Shown here: piece by piece, positions 24,546 to 38,200 of the stretch
Layout of the letters: each line of letters starts with the position of its first letter
Position numbering within the stretch: the stretch's first letter is position 1
NCBI GenBank assembly: GCA_027923505.1
Contig: BROI01000013.1
Span: 806,001-870,000, forward strand
DNA: 64,000 bases
Direction: 5' to 3'
DNA from: Mayamaea pseudoterrestris
Taxonomy: Eukaryota
Program-made: the position numbers and the translations under genes
The notes under the pieces: model-generated
Told to the model about the DNA's origin: nothing
Databases searched by the model: none
Seen by the model: the letters and a program-made list of their open reading frames with translations, nothing else

Positions 24546-27500
24546 GAGTGCCGCTGTGTCACCCTATCGGTTATTCGGTGTGACTTGCCCGATTTTCGCT
24601 GTTTTTGTTCGCATCCTGCAACTCTCAAGTCATACCACAAATAGTTGGGATTGAAGAGCAGGTTCTTTAAGTGGCACTTGCCGTAGCCCGTGGAAGAAAC
24701 TTGGTAAGTACATCCGCCGGGTTTGTCGTTCCCATGGTGGTTGAAATTAATTCCGCCGCAATCGCCCGCGTACGGTGAAATGCCAGTGCATTGTGTGTCG
24801 CTTCGTCAGACTAGAGAGTGCGGTAAGTTGCTGCTTTGCGTTACCGACTTGTTGTCTCAAACATCCATGAAGGTCGTCGGCGGAACTCCCAACATCGTGG
24901 CGTGAAGCGGAGATCCATGATCTGTGCTCCGTGCTCACTCGCTGCTACAAACTCCGAGCCGTACGTCGCCGTCTTGACCGTTTGGCGTTTCGAAAACCAA
25001 TCAGCGACTGTTCCATTCAACATGTGTAGCATGCCCCATCGCTGCCGTCCGTCGTGTATCGTGGTACAGGTTTGCATCTTCAAGCGTTGACATTCGCACC
25101 GCCTTGCCGCCGGGCGCATTCCACGGAAGCTCTTCGCAGATCTTGCCGTACCTGTAATCCCAATCCATCTTGTCAACTGTCGCGTATAAGCTCGTCCGTT
25201 GGAATCGAAGCGTTGGGTCCGAGATCGCTCCATCCGGGTAAGTGTGGTATCCGCCGATATGCTTCAGCCGTTCCAAGTGGCTCGTGGCGCAGCTCGGAAT
25301 CTCCCCATAGTCATGACAGCGCAGTGAATGTCGAATCGACATGCGGCACTGCCCATTGCACGCCCAATTATCGTTGTGCACTTCCGTGGTCGTCAAGTTC
25401 TTTCGTTTCGTCGAGTTCCGGATGATCGCCGTCGCGTAGTGGACTTGTCTGCGGTCGCGCGGTTCCTCGCCGAACATTTCTTTGTAGTTCGCTAGTAGTC
25501 TTTGTGACGTACTTCTTCGCTCCGGCGTCCCTCGTCGTTCGCCAAGCGTCTGCGCCCAAATGATATGCCAATGGACCGGCGCCCCTTCAGCTTCGTGTTG
25601 TGTTTCTCAATTAAAAAGATTCGTTGGTTCCTTCCAGTTCTTCATTCTCTCCTTCATCGTCGACATACACACAAGCGTTTCGTGGTGCGTGCCTTTATCG
25701 CGCATCCCACGTCCGGTTCTGCGTCCGCGTGAAGCCAATGTCGCGGACGTGTCTGCAAAGTGCTCGTGCCAGCGTCGCGCCCTGGCGTCGCGAGCCGTAT
25801 AGTGCCTTCCACGATCGTGAGCGTCGTGCCGAGCTCCCGCTCCGGCCGCGTCTCTCTCTTTCGTTTTCGCTAAGTTCGTTGCCGCGTCAGCTGCCCGCAT
25901 TCCAGCCGGGTTCCGCTAACATCGCTGATTCTGCTCCCATTGACCCAGCGCCCCGAGTAAACTGGATCGCTTCGGCGGCTCTGTCTTGTCTCCCTCTGCA
26001 CGAGTCGTGCTTTCCGTCGCACTGACTCGATTTGTGGTTTTTCGTTTCCGGCGCCGCATACTTCCGTTTCGCTCGTATCATTTATCTGTTTTTCCGTTCG
26101 TCGCGTCCGTCCACCGTGTTACCGTTGTCTCGTCGAGCTTTCGCATCTTTACGGCAGCCTTGCGCCGAATTTGTGCGTCGCCCGTTTGCTTTCGTTTTCG
26201 TTTCGCTGCTGTTACCATCTGTCGAAACTTCTTTCGCTTCCAGTGTAATGTTCCAGCTGCTTCCATCCTGGCTTGTCGTTCAGCCGTGCCCGTCATACTC
26301 TACGCGCGGTTTATCGGATGTCCTTCTTCATGTCGCGAAGGCTCCCGCGTCGTCGTTCCGTCCAGTCCTCGGCGAGCGTTACTGAACTTCGCTTTGTATG
26401 TCGGATCGTTCGGTTTTTCAAATTATCGTGTCCGATTACCTTCGTGAATACCCACTGAGTACGCCGGATCGTTTCGTATATCTTCGTCTCCATCTGTCGT
26501 TCGATTAAATCCGACAGTTCGTTGTAACTTATTAAGTCTTTCGCTGGCTCTTCTCCCATTTGGATCTAGGAAACCTTTCGTGTTTGGTAGCTCGTTATCG
26601 GCGTGCTTCGATATGTTCCATACAGTCGCTCGCATTTTCTGACCCGTTTTCGTGTTCCCTTCACGAGCGTGCGTCCGATGAGTTCGCTTGGAGAGAACAG
26701 GGCTTCCCTGATTCTTGCTCAGCCCTTCTGAAGAACCGGCTGGTACGTTGGCGTGGTTCGCCATGTCGGGTTTCGTCGTCGTTTCCTTCGTGGTTTGCGT
26801 GACTACTTTCTGTCGCATGCGTGCTATGGTAGCGTTCTGTCGCGGATCTGGAGTTTTCAAATTTCGTTCGCGCGTGTAGCACTTCTCTTCAGAAATCTTA
26901 GACTCAGGAAAGGAAGGCAGCTCGTGGTAACAAGTAGCTCGCGAGACCACGTTAGCGCCATGGAATAAACAGCGTGTGCGTCGTCAGAGCGAGGAGAAAA
27001 GATCATGTGCGGACCGCTTTCTTCTCTGCGATGCCGCACGATGCGGCCGTTGCCAGATCGTACCACAACTCCCTCGCCTCAGCGGACCGGTTCCCACCAC
27101 TTGAAATGTAACAAAGGCGAAATATCCGGCAAATTTCCGAACGCAACTTCCGTTGGAGTGCGCCATCCCAGCGATTTTGTCGCGAGGACATTCAGAATCA
27201 TGATTACGAATTTAATCAGCAAAACCCAGCAATGACCTGGCGAACCCGAATCTCGTTGGAGGTTCTCCATCATTGGCTTAATGTGCGACGTGTGGCGTTC
27301 GCATGGATTTTGTTCTGGGTGACCCGGTTCGGTGGTCACTTGAGGAATGTGTACATCCGACGAGAGATCCCCTCACAGCCTTGCCAGTCTCCGACTTGGC
27401 ATTGTCGCTGAGCAGTCCGTTAGGAGCGCCCACTTCGCGGATAAAATCCTCTAACGCGTTTGACATTTCGCTTTCCGACTTCATCGGGTAGCCGCGCGTG

Positions 27501-30500
27501 TAAAAACTTTCTCGGCCAACAAAGAGCTGCATCTGAGTAGCTCCCCCATGCCCTAGAATTCCATCATCCAAAGCTGGCGTGTCAGAGTGTATCGTGTCCG
27601 TGGCGAATAGTTCGCGCAACCGCTGAACGTTCGCGGCCGGAAATCTCGATTTCGTGAGGTGTCGAAATGGTAATCGCGGATGTTCGCTGAGATGATACCA
27701 TGCTTCCGTGTGACGTAAAGTCTGTTGAACTCGCTCAGTCGGTACCCATCCGAGGTACGGCCGAAGAGCATTATAGTCCGGTTCCTTGCTTCGTAGCTTC
27801 CGCAAATTAACGCGTGAAAACTGAGCGTGTCGCACGCACCGATTGATCAGTACGTCAAGTTCGTCGCCAGTGCGTGTCGGCGTGTGACGATTGCGGTGCG
27901 TGATACCGTCATCGTCGAATCGTTCGTCAAAAGATCCATAATCGTGATCTCGTTCGTCGAAATCGTCGTGCGCGTGCTCGACATCGTAAACAGTCGGGTC
28001 CCACGGCACGTCCGACGTCATGATGACAGTCGGATACTTATCCAAATCATCGAACGTGGGTTTCGTCACGTCCAAGTATACCAGGCCATCGCGAATCGCC
28101 AATGGCAAAACGTAGCCTCCAATGTGTTCGTATTCGTTGCGTTCCGCCAAACATGGTCGGAATATCGTCGACACGATGTCCCATTGCGCGCAATTGATTC
28201 GGGCAATGAATCGTCGGTCCGTCTCGCTTTAAAGCATACTGGTGACACAAAAGCAGAATGGTTTCGCCACTAAGGGTCTTTGCCAGTCCAGCTGCAGTGC
28301 CAATCTTGAGAGCTGGGACAATATGATCGTCAATACCAGTCACATCCACCTCGGCGTTCGTTTCGAACGACGAGCATGTCTCCCTCCGCATAAGCCTCCG
28401 TTCGCGCCGCTGTCGATGAGCGCGCCTTCGTTGATCCGCTCGTAGTGTGCGCGATTGACGCGCATACGACGATGCATGTTGAAGCTGAATGTACCTCGTC
28501 CGGTGTTATCAGTCGTCAACGATCCTGTCACTTGCTGAGTTGTAGTACTCGCATTATTTGCTTGCAGAACCGATCGTGCAGCCGTTTGGACTGACATTCC
28601 ACTATTGCCTGGCTGAATATTAATCGTGCCAGGAACCCTTGCGTGATCGTTCGCTACAGATTCCGTCGCGTGACGCTCTTGATGCGCCGCGTTGACTTGC
28701 GTCTGCGTCGTAGCCGTGCCTCGTTGGTGGCGCGGTCGCCATCCGTTGGGTGTCTTGGGCCGTCGCACGCCTTGTCCTTCAACTGCTTTCGCTGATCGAA
28801 CTTCATCTCCAACCAGACTTCATCCTTCACGCTCGCGTGAGGTTTCTTCATGATCGCTGCAAATCGTTCCGCCGATAAGCCGCTTTGGAGTCCTTGGCCG
28901 CCATTGCCGCCGCCGCCTCCTTTCGTTCCACTAGACTGCGCTTGATTGATTGTGCGCTTAGTCTTCGTCGTCGATGGGTGCTTCTTGTCATACTTGATGC
29001 AGCACTCTTCTAAGTGCGCGTACAACTGCGCGAAATTATCTTCCGAGTCGTGTTGCCCCATGTGTTTCTTGATGGCAATCATTCCGTCAAAACCTGCTAG
29101 CGAGGCGCTGAATCCAGTGTGCTCAGAGAAAGCGTCGCGTAGCATGTCGTATCGTTGTAAACCTGTCAGAGCTTCTGCGTCCATTTTGAGCAGCCAGATG
29201 ACTTTCTTGTAGAACAGTGCGAGAAATTCGATCGTTGGCCTCGACCACTTCTCGGTCAGCCGCATTCCCTGCAGTTCCGTTCGCGCGCGTTCCTTCTCGA
29301 TGTGAGCAGTAGCGCCTTCTTCGTATCGCGTTCGCAATCGTTGGTAGACTTCGCGTCCGTCCATCGTCTTCTTGAACTGCTGTACTGCGAGTGATGCAGA
29401 CGGAGTTCGACAGTGCGTGAGAAAGATTCTGTATACAAACACATTCTTCTTTGCATACGCCTTCTGTTCCTTCGGTCCCTTTTCCTTCGGGTCATAATCG
29501 TCGTCAAAGACTTCGTGGAAGTCGTGCAATGTAGCGATGACTTTCAACTCGGAAATCCACTGTTTCCACGAGGAATCCAGCTTCATTTCTTTACAATCCT
29601 TCGCCAAGAACTTGATAGACTTTGTAAATTGGTCTGAATACTTCTCATCGTTTTCGTCGTCGCCGAGGTCCAATACGGATGTCGGTGACTGCTTCGTGTC
29701 CACGTACACGCTCGTCGGTGGCACCTTGTCAGCCGAGTCGAGCTTCGACTCGTCGCCTTCGTTCCTTAGTGTGGAGTCCGTCGATTCGTCCTTCTTAGAT
29801 TCCGTTTCGCTTTCGCTTCGCTGGAGGCTTCGCCCCTTCCGCTGCCCACGCCAATGTTGCGCGCTCGGACTCGTTCCTTTTCGCTCGTGCTGTGACGAAC
29901 GTCGCCAGCGTTTCGGTGGTCAGTTGCGACCATGTCTTGATGTCCGGCGACTCTTGCGCCAAATACCATTCGATCGCGTTCGTGATCGTGCGTTGTTTCA
30001 TCTTCGTTAGCGAGTGTTCGCTCGTTTCCTGTGTGACATTGTCGCCATCGTCAGTCGTCGTCGTTGTCGTCGTCGTGACGTTCCACTTCGTCGCGAAATC
30101 GTCGTACTCCATCTCGATCAATTGCGTAAGCGATTCTACTCCGAGTTTGTCGAATAACTCCTTGAACTGAGGATCTTGGAAAACGCCTACGTTCTCTTCG
30201 TAAACATGCGCAAACGCCGCGTCTTTCTGCGCGCGAGTTTCCGCCATCGTTGTCGTCGTGACAATGTTCTTGCTATCACCTGCGGAACTTTCCGGGCCAA
30301 GAACCAACGTGCGTCCACGTTACTTCGTAAATCAATAGTACTCTTCGTCGATAAAGTCTCTATGCCGAGGCAATGAGTCTCAAGACAGTGTTAATCTTGT
30401 AACTTGTAAATCAAATCGTTGCACCTTTCGCTTGTAGCTGTCCTTGGATGGCCAATCCAAGCTTGCAGTTGCTACAATACGAGAGACGAATAAATCGCTT

Positions 30501-30649
30501 TCTTAACTCTTCAAGCTTAGTAAGTCTGCTTGTTTCTACTCTATATCGCACTAGTTTCAGCAATATACTCGTTGAATCGCTTCGAAGCAGTCGCTGCCAC
30601 GCATCACGCGATTGTGTGCGATTTTCGCTGTTTTCGTTCGCATCCTGCA
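24546..30649 (-). mobile_element. Copia family B, degraded copy (5' LTR 30398-30649 with internal deletion; 3' LTR only 24546-24620)
   Basis: Collinear with and nearly identical to 49689-56270 in gag; many small deletions across pol. Confidence 0.92.
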
Positions 30650-33590
30650 ACCCATGTAGTCTCGAAGTTCTGCAAGTGGGACTGCCCGAATTTTGTGGCC
30701 CCAGGCTTGTCCATAATAGCAGGCTCCCGTGACCCACTCCAACAGGCAAAAATGTGTACATTGATGGCTGGCAGCTGACAGGCATTGCTTCATGATGTAG
30801 AACGTGCAATGCATTCATCTATAGCCCATGTAGTCTCCAAGTTCTGCGAGTGGGACTGCCTAAATTTTGTGGCCCCAGAATTTGTCCATAGCAGCAGGCT
30901 CCCGTGACCCACTCCAACGGCCAATAATGTGCCCATTGATGGCTGGCAGCCGACAAGCATTGTTTTATGATGTAGAAAGTGCAATGCATTCAATTATAGC
31001 CCATGTAGTCTCCAACTTCTGCGAGTGGGACTGCCTGAATTTTGTGGCCGCAGGCTTTGTCCATAGTAGCAGGCTTCCGTGACCCACTCCAACGGCCAAT
31101 AATGTGTACATTGATGGCTGGCAGCTGACAGGCATTGTTTTATGATGTAGAAAGTGCAATGCATTCATCTATAGCCCATGTAGTCTCCAAGTTCTGCAGG
31201 TCGTACTCAACGCCCTAATGTGCCCAGGCTGGTCCAATAGTACAGCAGTCATGAGTGGCTAACCCACAGCTTGACAACAGGCAAAAATGTGTACATTGAT
31301 GGCTGGCAGCTGACAGGCATTGTTTCATGATGTAGAAAGTGCAATGCATTCATCTATAGCCCATGTAGTCTCCAAGTTCTGCGAGTGGGACTGCCTGAAT
31401 TTTGTGGCCCCAGGCTTGTCCATAGTAGCAGGCTCCCGTGACCCACTCCAACAGGCAAAAATGTGTACATTGTTGGCTGGCAGCTGACAAGCCTTAACTT
31501 ATGATGTAGAAAGTGCAATGCATTCATCTATAGCCCATGTTGTCACCAAGTTCTGCGAGTGGGACTGCATGAATTTTGTGGCCCCAGGCTTGTCCATAGT
31601 AGCAGGCTCCCGTGACCCACTCCAACAGGCAAAATGTGTACATTGTTGGCTGGCAGCTGACAGGCATTGTTTCATGATGTAGAAAAGGCAATGCATTCAT
31701 CTATAGCCCATGTAGTCTCCAAGTTCTGCGAGTGGGACTGCCCAAATTCTGTGGCCCCAGGCTTGTCAATAGTAGCAGGCTCCTGCAGGACATTGATGGC
31801 TGGCAGCTAGGCATTGTCTTGATGTAGAAAGTGCAATGCATTCATCTTTAGACCATGTAGTCTCCAAGTTCTGTGAGTGGGACTTGTCCATAGTAGCAGG
31901 CTCCCGTGACCCACTCCAACAGGCAAAAATGTGCCCATTGTTGGCTGGCAGCTGACAGGCATTGTTATATGATGAAGAAAGTGCAATGCATTCATCTATA
32001 GCCCATGTAGTCTCGAAGTTCTGTGAGTGGGACTGCCCAAATTTTGTGGCCCCAGGCTTGTCCATCCCGTGACCCTCAATGAGCCACTAATGTGCCCATT
32101 GATGGCTGGCAGCCGACAAGCATTGTTTCATGATGTAGAACGTGCAATGCATTCATCTATAGCCCATGTAGTCTCCAAGTTCTGCGAGTGGGACTGCCTG
32201 AATTTTGTGGCCCCAGGCTTGTCAATAGTAGCAGGCTCCCATGACCCACTCCAACAGCCACTAATGTGCCCATTGATGGCTGGCAGCTGACAGGCATTGT
32301 ATCTTGATGTAGAAAGTGCAATGCATTCATCTTTAGACCATGTAGTCTCCAAGTTCTGTGAGTGGGACTGCCTTTATTGCAGGCTCGTGACCCTCTAACA
32401 GCCAAAAATGTGCCCATTGTTGGCTGGCAGCTGACAGGCATTGTTTAATGATGAAGAAAGTGCAATGCATTCATCTACAGCCCATGTAGTCTCGACTGTG
32501 GGAGGCCCGATGGCCCCAGGCTTGTGTCGATTCCCCAACCACTAATGTGCCCTTTGATGGCTGGCAGCTGCCAGGCATTGTATCGATGTAGAGTCATTAC
32601 TATAGCCCATGTAGTCCCCGAAGGTTCTGCGAGTGGGACTGCTTGAATTTTGTGGCCCCAGGCTTGTCCATAATAGCAGGCTTGACCCACTCCAACAGGC
32701 AAAAATGTGCCCATTGATGGCTGGCAGCTGACAGGCATTGTTTCATGATGTGAAAAGTGCAATGCATTCATCTATAGCCCATGTAGATCTCCAAGTTCTG
32801 CAAATGGGACTGCCCGAATTTTGTGGCCCCAGGCTTGTCCACAGCAGCAGGCTCCCATGACCCACTCCAACAGCCACTAATGTGAATGTGCCCTTTGATG
32901 GCTGGCAGCTGCCAGGCATTGTATCGATGTAGAGTCATTACTATAGCCCATGTAGTCCCCGAAGGTTCTGCGAGTGGGACTGCTTGAATTTTGTGGCCCC
33001 AGGCTTGTCCATAATAGCAGGCTTGACCCACTCCAACAGGCAAAAATGTGCCCATTGATGGCTGGCAGCTGACAGGCATTGTTTCATGATGTGAAAAGTG
33101 CAATGCATTCATCTATAGCCCATGTAGATCTCCAAGTTCTGCAAATGGGACTGCCCGAATTTTGTGGCCCCAGGCTTGTCCACAGCAGCAGGCTCCCATG
33201 ACCCACTCCAACAGCCACTAATGTGTACATTGATGGCTGGCAGCTGACAGGCATTGTTTCATGATGTAGAAAGTGCAATGCATTCATCTATAGCCCATGT
33301 AGTCTCCAAGTTCTGTGAGTGGGACTGCCTGAATTTTGTGGCCCCAGGCTTGTCCATAGTGCACCCTGTGACCCACTCCAACAGGCACTAATGTGTCCAT
33401 TGATTGGCTGGCAGTTGACAGGCATTGTTTCGCATGATGTAGAAAGTGCAATGCATTCATCACTAGCCCACGTAGTGTCCCAATTCTGTGAGTGGGACTG
33501 CCTGAATTTTGTGGCCCCAGGCTTGTCCATAGTAGCAGCTCCCCTGACCCACTCCAACAGCAGCCAGCCAACCATTGATGGCTGGGCAGC
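30650..33590. repeat. Satellite 1: ~174-175 bp unit, about 17 diverged copies
   Basis: CCCATGTAGTCTC recurs at 30651, 30825, 31000, 31175 and onward; unit contains GATGGCTGGCAGCTGACAGGCATTG and AGTGCAATGCATTCATC. Confidence 0.92.
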
Positions 33591-33999
33591 TGACAGATTT
33601 CTGTATTACTGTTCATCTTGGAGTCTGTCTGACTTTGTGAGAGGTGCGCGCCAAACACCAGGCTTTGTAGCCATTGTACCAACAAGCTTGTGCCACCTCC
33701 CGCCCACAACGTATTTGTATCGAATGCTTCACAACATTAATGAAAGACTATGACATGTTACCTATCCCAACACATTGTTTTACTTAGAATTTGTCAGAGG
33801 TTTCACACCAGTTCACTCAATTACTGCACCCTAGTCCTTCTGTTCCATATTTGGCACTGACTTTAAATTGTTGCTTTGAAGGCCAGTGTTGTTCTTACCA
33901 TGTTTGTGTGCACGGAGTACAAAAGTCTCTGAGGCGGGGAAACCATTGATCCTACCACCCCACCTCCCGCCCCGTGGAATATGTTTCTAAAGTGTGACG

Positions 34000-35040
34000 T
34001 CTGCCCTCCCAAACAACTGATGCTACATGTGAGCTGGGAGTGACTGTTATGCACCAATCTCACCGCATACTTGTCCTGCCAAGGATAGCCAGAACAGACT
34101 TCATGGAACAAGACTATTGGGGTAGTCTAGTTCACACACTGTAAGCACCGTGTAGCTGGCTACTGTGGTGTGGATCTTCTGCCCTCCCCAACAACTGATG
34201 CTACACGTGTGCCAGGTATGATTTTTATCCACCAATCTCATTTCAAATGTATCCCCAAGGATAGCCACATCAGAATTCATGGATCAAGACTATTGGGGGT
34301 AGTCGTTGAAGGCCACCACATGTAGCACCGTCTAGGTGGTTACTGTGTGGATCTTTTGCACTCCCAAACAACTGATGCTACACGTGAGCTGGGAGTGACT
34401 GTTATGCACCAATCTCACCGCACAATGTGTTTTCTGGCGATAGCCAGAAACAGACTTCATGGAACAAGACTACATAATTGGGGGTAGCGTTGAAGGCCCG
34501 CACACTGTAGCACCGTGTAGCTGGTTAATGTGTGGATCTTTTGCCCTCCCAAACAACTGATGCTACACATGAGCTGGGAATGACTGTTATGCACCCAATC
34601 TCATGACCTACGTGTTCTTAACATAGCCCAAAGAATTTCATGGAACAATACTTTTAAGGGTAGTCCTTGAAGGCCACACACTGTAAGCACCATGGAGCTG
34701 GTTACTGTGTGGACTCTGCTCCCTCCCAAACAAGTGATGCTACACGTGAGCTGGGAGTGACTGGTTTGACCAATCTCACCGCATATGTGGCTTCAAGGAT
34801 AGCCAGAACAGGATTCATGGAACAAGACTATTGGAGGTAGTCTTTGAAGGCCACACACTGTAGCACCAAGGAGCTGGTTACTGTGATGATCTTTGCCCTT
34901 CCCAACAACTGATGCTACATGTGAGCCAGAATGATTGTTATGCACCAATCTTATTGAATATGTGTCCTTAAGCATAGCCAGAACAGAACTCATTGGAACA
35001 AGATTAGTGGGGGTAGTTGTTGAAGGCCCACACTGTAATC
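34000..35040. repeat. Satellite 2: ~177 bp unit, about 6 diverged copies
   Basis: CAACTGATGCTAC (one copy CAAGTG...) recurs at 34014, 34192, 34369, 34554, 34731 and 34906. Confidence 0.9.
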
Positions 35041-35267
35041 CCACAATGGAGTAGGTTGCAGCAGGATATATCCGGACATATCTCACGACAATACTTGGAC
35101 TGCAGCTGCGACTTAGATGATGTCATGGTTGTGGTGCATGCAATGACCCTAATTATATAAACATGTTAGCTATCCCAAACACATTGCTATACTTTAAGAG
35201 TATGCTCTCAGAGAGCCATCACTTACCTCCTTAATTGTTGGCACAACTGTTCGACAGTCTATGTGTG

Positions 35268-38200
35268 AACTTGTCACCAATCTCAGCCCACCAATGCCAT
35301 GACCTTCAAACACACCTACAGCAGGCCCTGTAGGTGCCCAAAAAACATCAGAATGGCGCCAGCATCATTATTGTTGAGGCTGCGCTACAAGATGGTAAAC
35401 TTGGCTGGTGTCTCAGGGGATGGCAATGTATTTGGTGACAACTTGTCACCAATCTCAGCCCGCAGATGCCATGACATTCAAACGCCCCTACAGCAAGCCC
35501 TGTAGGTGCCCAAAATACACCAGAATGGTGCCAACATCATTATTCAGGCTGCGCTACAAGATGGTAGGCTTGGCTGGTGTCTCAGTGGATGGCAATGTAT
35601 TTGGTGACAACTTGTCACCAGTCTCAGCCCGCAGATGCCGTGACATTCAAACGCCCCTACCAGCTATCAAGCCCGGTAGGTGCCAAAATACACCAGAATG
35701 GTGCCAACATCATTATTCAGGCTGCGCTACAAGATGGTAGGCTTGGCTGGTGTCTCAGGGGATGGCAATGTATTTGGTGACAACTTGTCACCAGTCTCAG
35801 CCCGCAGATGCCGTGACATTCAAACGCCCCTACAGCAAGCCCTGTAGGTGCCCAAAATACACCAGAATGGTGCCAACATCATTATTCAGGCTGCGCTACA
35901 AGATGGTAGGCTTGGCTGGTGTCTCAGGGGATGGCAATGTATTTGGTGACAACTTGTCACCAGTCTCAGCCCGCAGATGCCGTGACATTCAAACGCCCCT
36001 ACAGCAAGCCCTGTAGGTGCCCAAATTTACACCAGAATGGTGCCAACATCATTATTCAGGCTGCGCTACAAGATGGTAGGCTTGGCTGGTGTCTCAGGGG
36101 ATGGCAATGTATTTGGTGACAACTTGTCACCAGCCTCAGCCCGCAGATGCTGTGACATTCAAACGCCCCTACAGCAAGCCCTGTAGGTGCCCAAAATTAC
36201 ACCAGAATGGTGCCAACATCATATTTCAGGCTGCGCTACAAGATGGTAGGCTTGGCTGGTGTCTCAGGGGATGGCAATGTATTTGGTGACAACTTGTCAC
36301 CAGTCTCAGCCCGCAGATGCCGTGACATTCAAACGCCCCTACAGCAAGCCCTGTAGGTGCCCAAATTACACCAGAATGGTGCCAACATCATTATTCCGGC
36401 TGCGCTACAAGATGGTAGGCTTGGCTGGTGTCTCAGGGGATGGCAATGTATTTGGTGACAACTTGTCACCAGTCTCAGCCCGCAGATGCCGTGACATTCA
36501 AACGCCCCTACAGCAAGCCCTGTAGGTGCCCAAAATACACCAGAATGGTGCCAACATCATTATTCAGGCTGCGCTACAAGATGGTAGGCTTGGCTGGTGT
36601 CTCAGGGGATGGCAATGTATTTGGTGACAACTTGTCACCAGTCTCAGCCCGCAGATGCCGTGACATTCAAACGCCCCTACAGCAAGCCCTGTAGGTGCCC
36701 AAAATACACCAGAATGGTGCCAACATCATTATTCAGGCTGCGCTACAAGATGGTAGGCTTGGCTGGTGTCTCAGGGGATGGCAATGTATTTGGTGACAAC
36801 TTGTCACCAGTCTCAGCCCGCAGATGCCGTGACATTCAAACGCCCCTACAGCAAGCCCTGTAGGTGCCCAAAATACACCAGAATGGTGCCAACATCATTA
36901 TTCAGGCTGCGCTACAAGATGGTAGGCTTGGCTGGTGTCTCAGGGGATGGCAATGTATTTGGTGACAACTTGTCACCAGTCTCAGCCCGCAGATGCCGTG
37001 ACATTCAAACGCCCCTACAGCAAGCCCTGTAGGTGCCCAAATTACACCAGAATGGTGCCAACATCATTATTCAGGCTGCGCTACAAGATGGTAGGCTTGG
37101 CTGGTGTCTCAGGGGATGGCAATGTATTTGGTGACAACTTGTCACCAGTCTCAGCCCGCAGATGCCGTGACATTCAAACGCCCCTACAGCAAGCCCTGTA
37201 GGTGCCCAAAATACACCAGAATGGTGCCAACATCATTATTCGGGCTGCGCTACAAGATGGTAGGCTTGGCTGGTGTCTCAGGGGATGGCAATGTATTTGG
37301 TGACAACTTGTCACCAGTCTCAGCCCGCAGATGCCGTGACATTCAAACGCCCCTACAGCAAGCCCTGTAGGTGCCCAAAATACACCAGAATGGTGCCAAC
37401 ATCATTATTCAGGCTGCGCTACAAGATGGTAGGCTTGGCTGGTGTCTCAGGGGATGGCAATGTATTTGGTGACAACTTGTCACCAGTCTCAGCCCGCAGA
37501 TGCCGTGACATTCAAACGCCCCTACAGCAAGCCCTGTAGGTGCCCAAATACACCAGAATGGTGCCAACATCATTATTCAGGCTGCGCTACAAGATGGTAG
37601 GCTTGGCTGGTGTCTCAGGGGATGGCAATGTATTTGGTGACAACTTGTCACCAGTCTCAGCCCGCAGATGCCGTGACATTCAAACGCCCCTACAGCAAGC
37701 CCTGTAGGTGCCCAAAATACACCAGAATGGTGCCAACATCATTATTCAGGCTGCGCTACAAGATGGTAGGCTTGGCTGGTGTCTCAGGGGATGGCAATGT
37801 ATTTGGTGACAACTTGTCACCAGTCTCAGCCCGCAGATGCTGTGACATTCAAACGCCCCTACAGCAAGCCCTGTAGGTGCCCAAAATACACCAGAATGGT
37901 GCCAACATCATTATTCAGGCTGCGCTACAAGATGGTAGGCTTGGCTGGTGTCTCAGGGGATGGCAATGTATTTGGTGACAACTTGTCACCAGTCTCAGCC
38001 CGCAGATGCCGTGACATTCAAACGCCCCTACAGCAAGCCCTGTAGGTGCCCAAAATACACCAGAATGGTGCCAACATCATTATTCAGGCTGCGCTACAAG
38101 ATGGTAGGCTTGGCTGGTGTCTCAGGGGATGGCAATGTATTTGGTGACAACTTGTCACCAGTCTCAGCCCGCAGATGCCGTGACATTCAAACGCCCCTAC

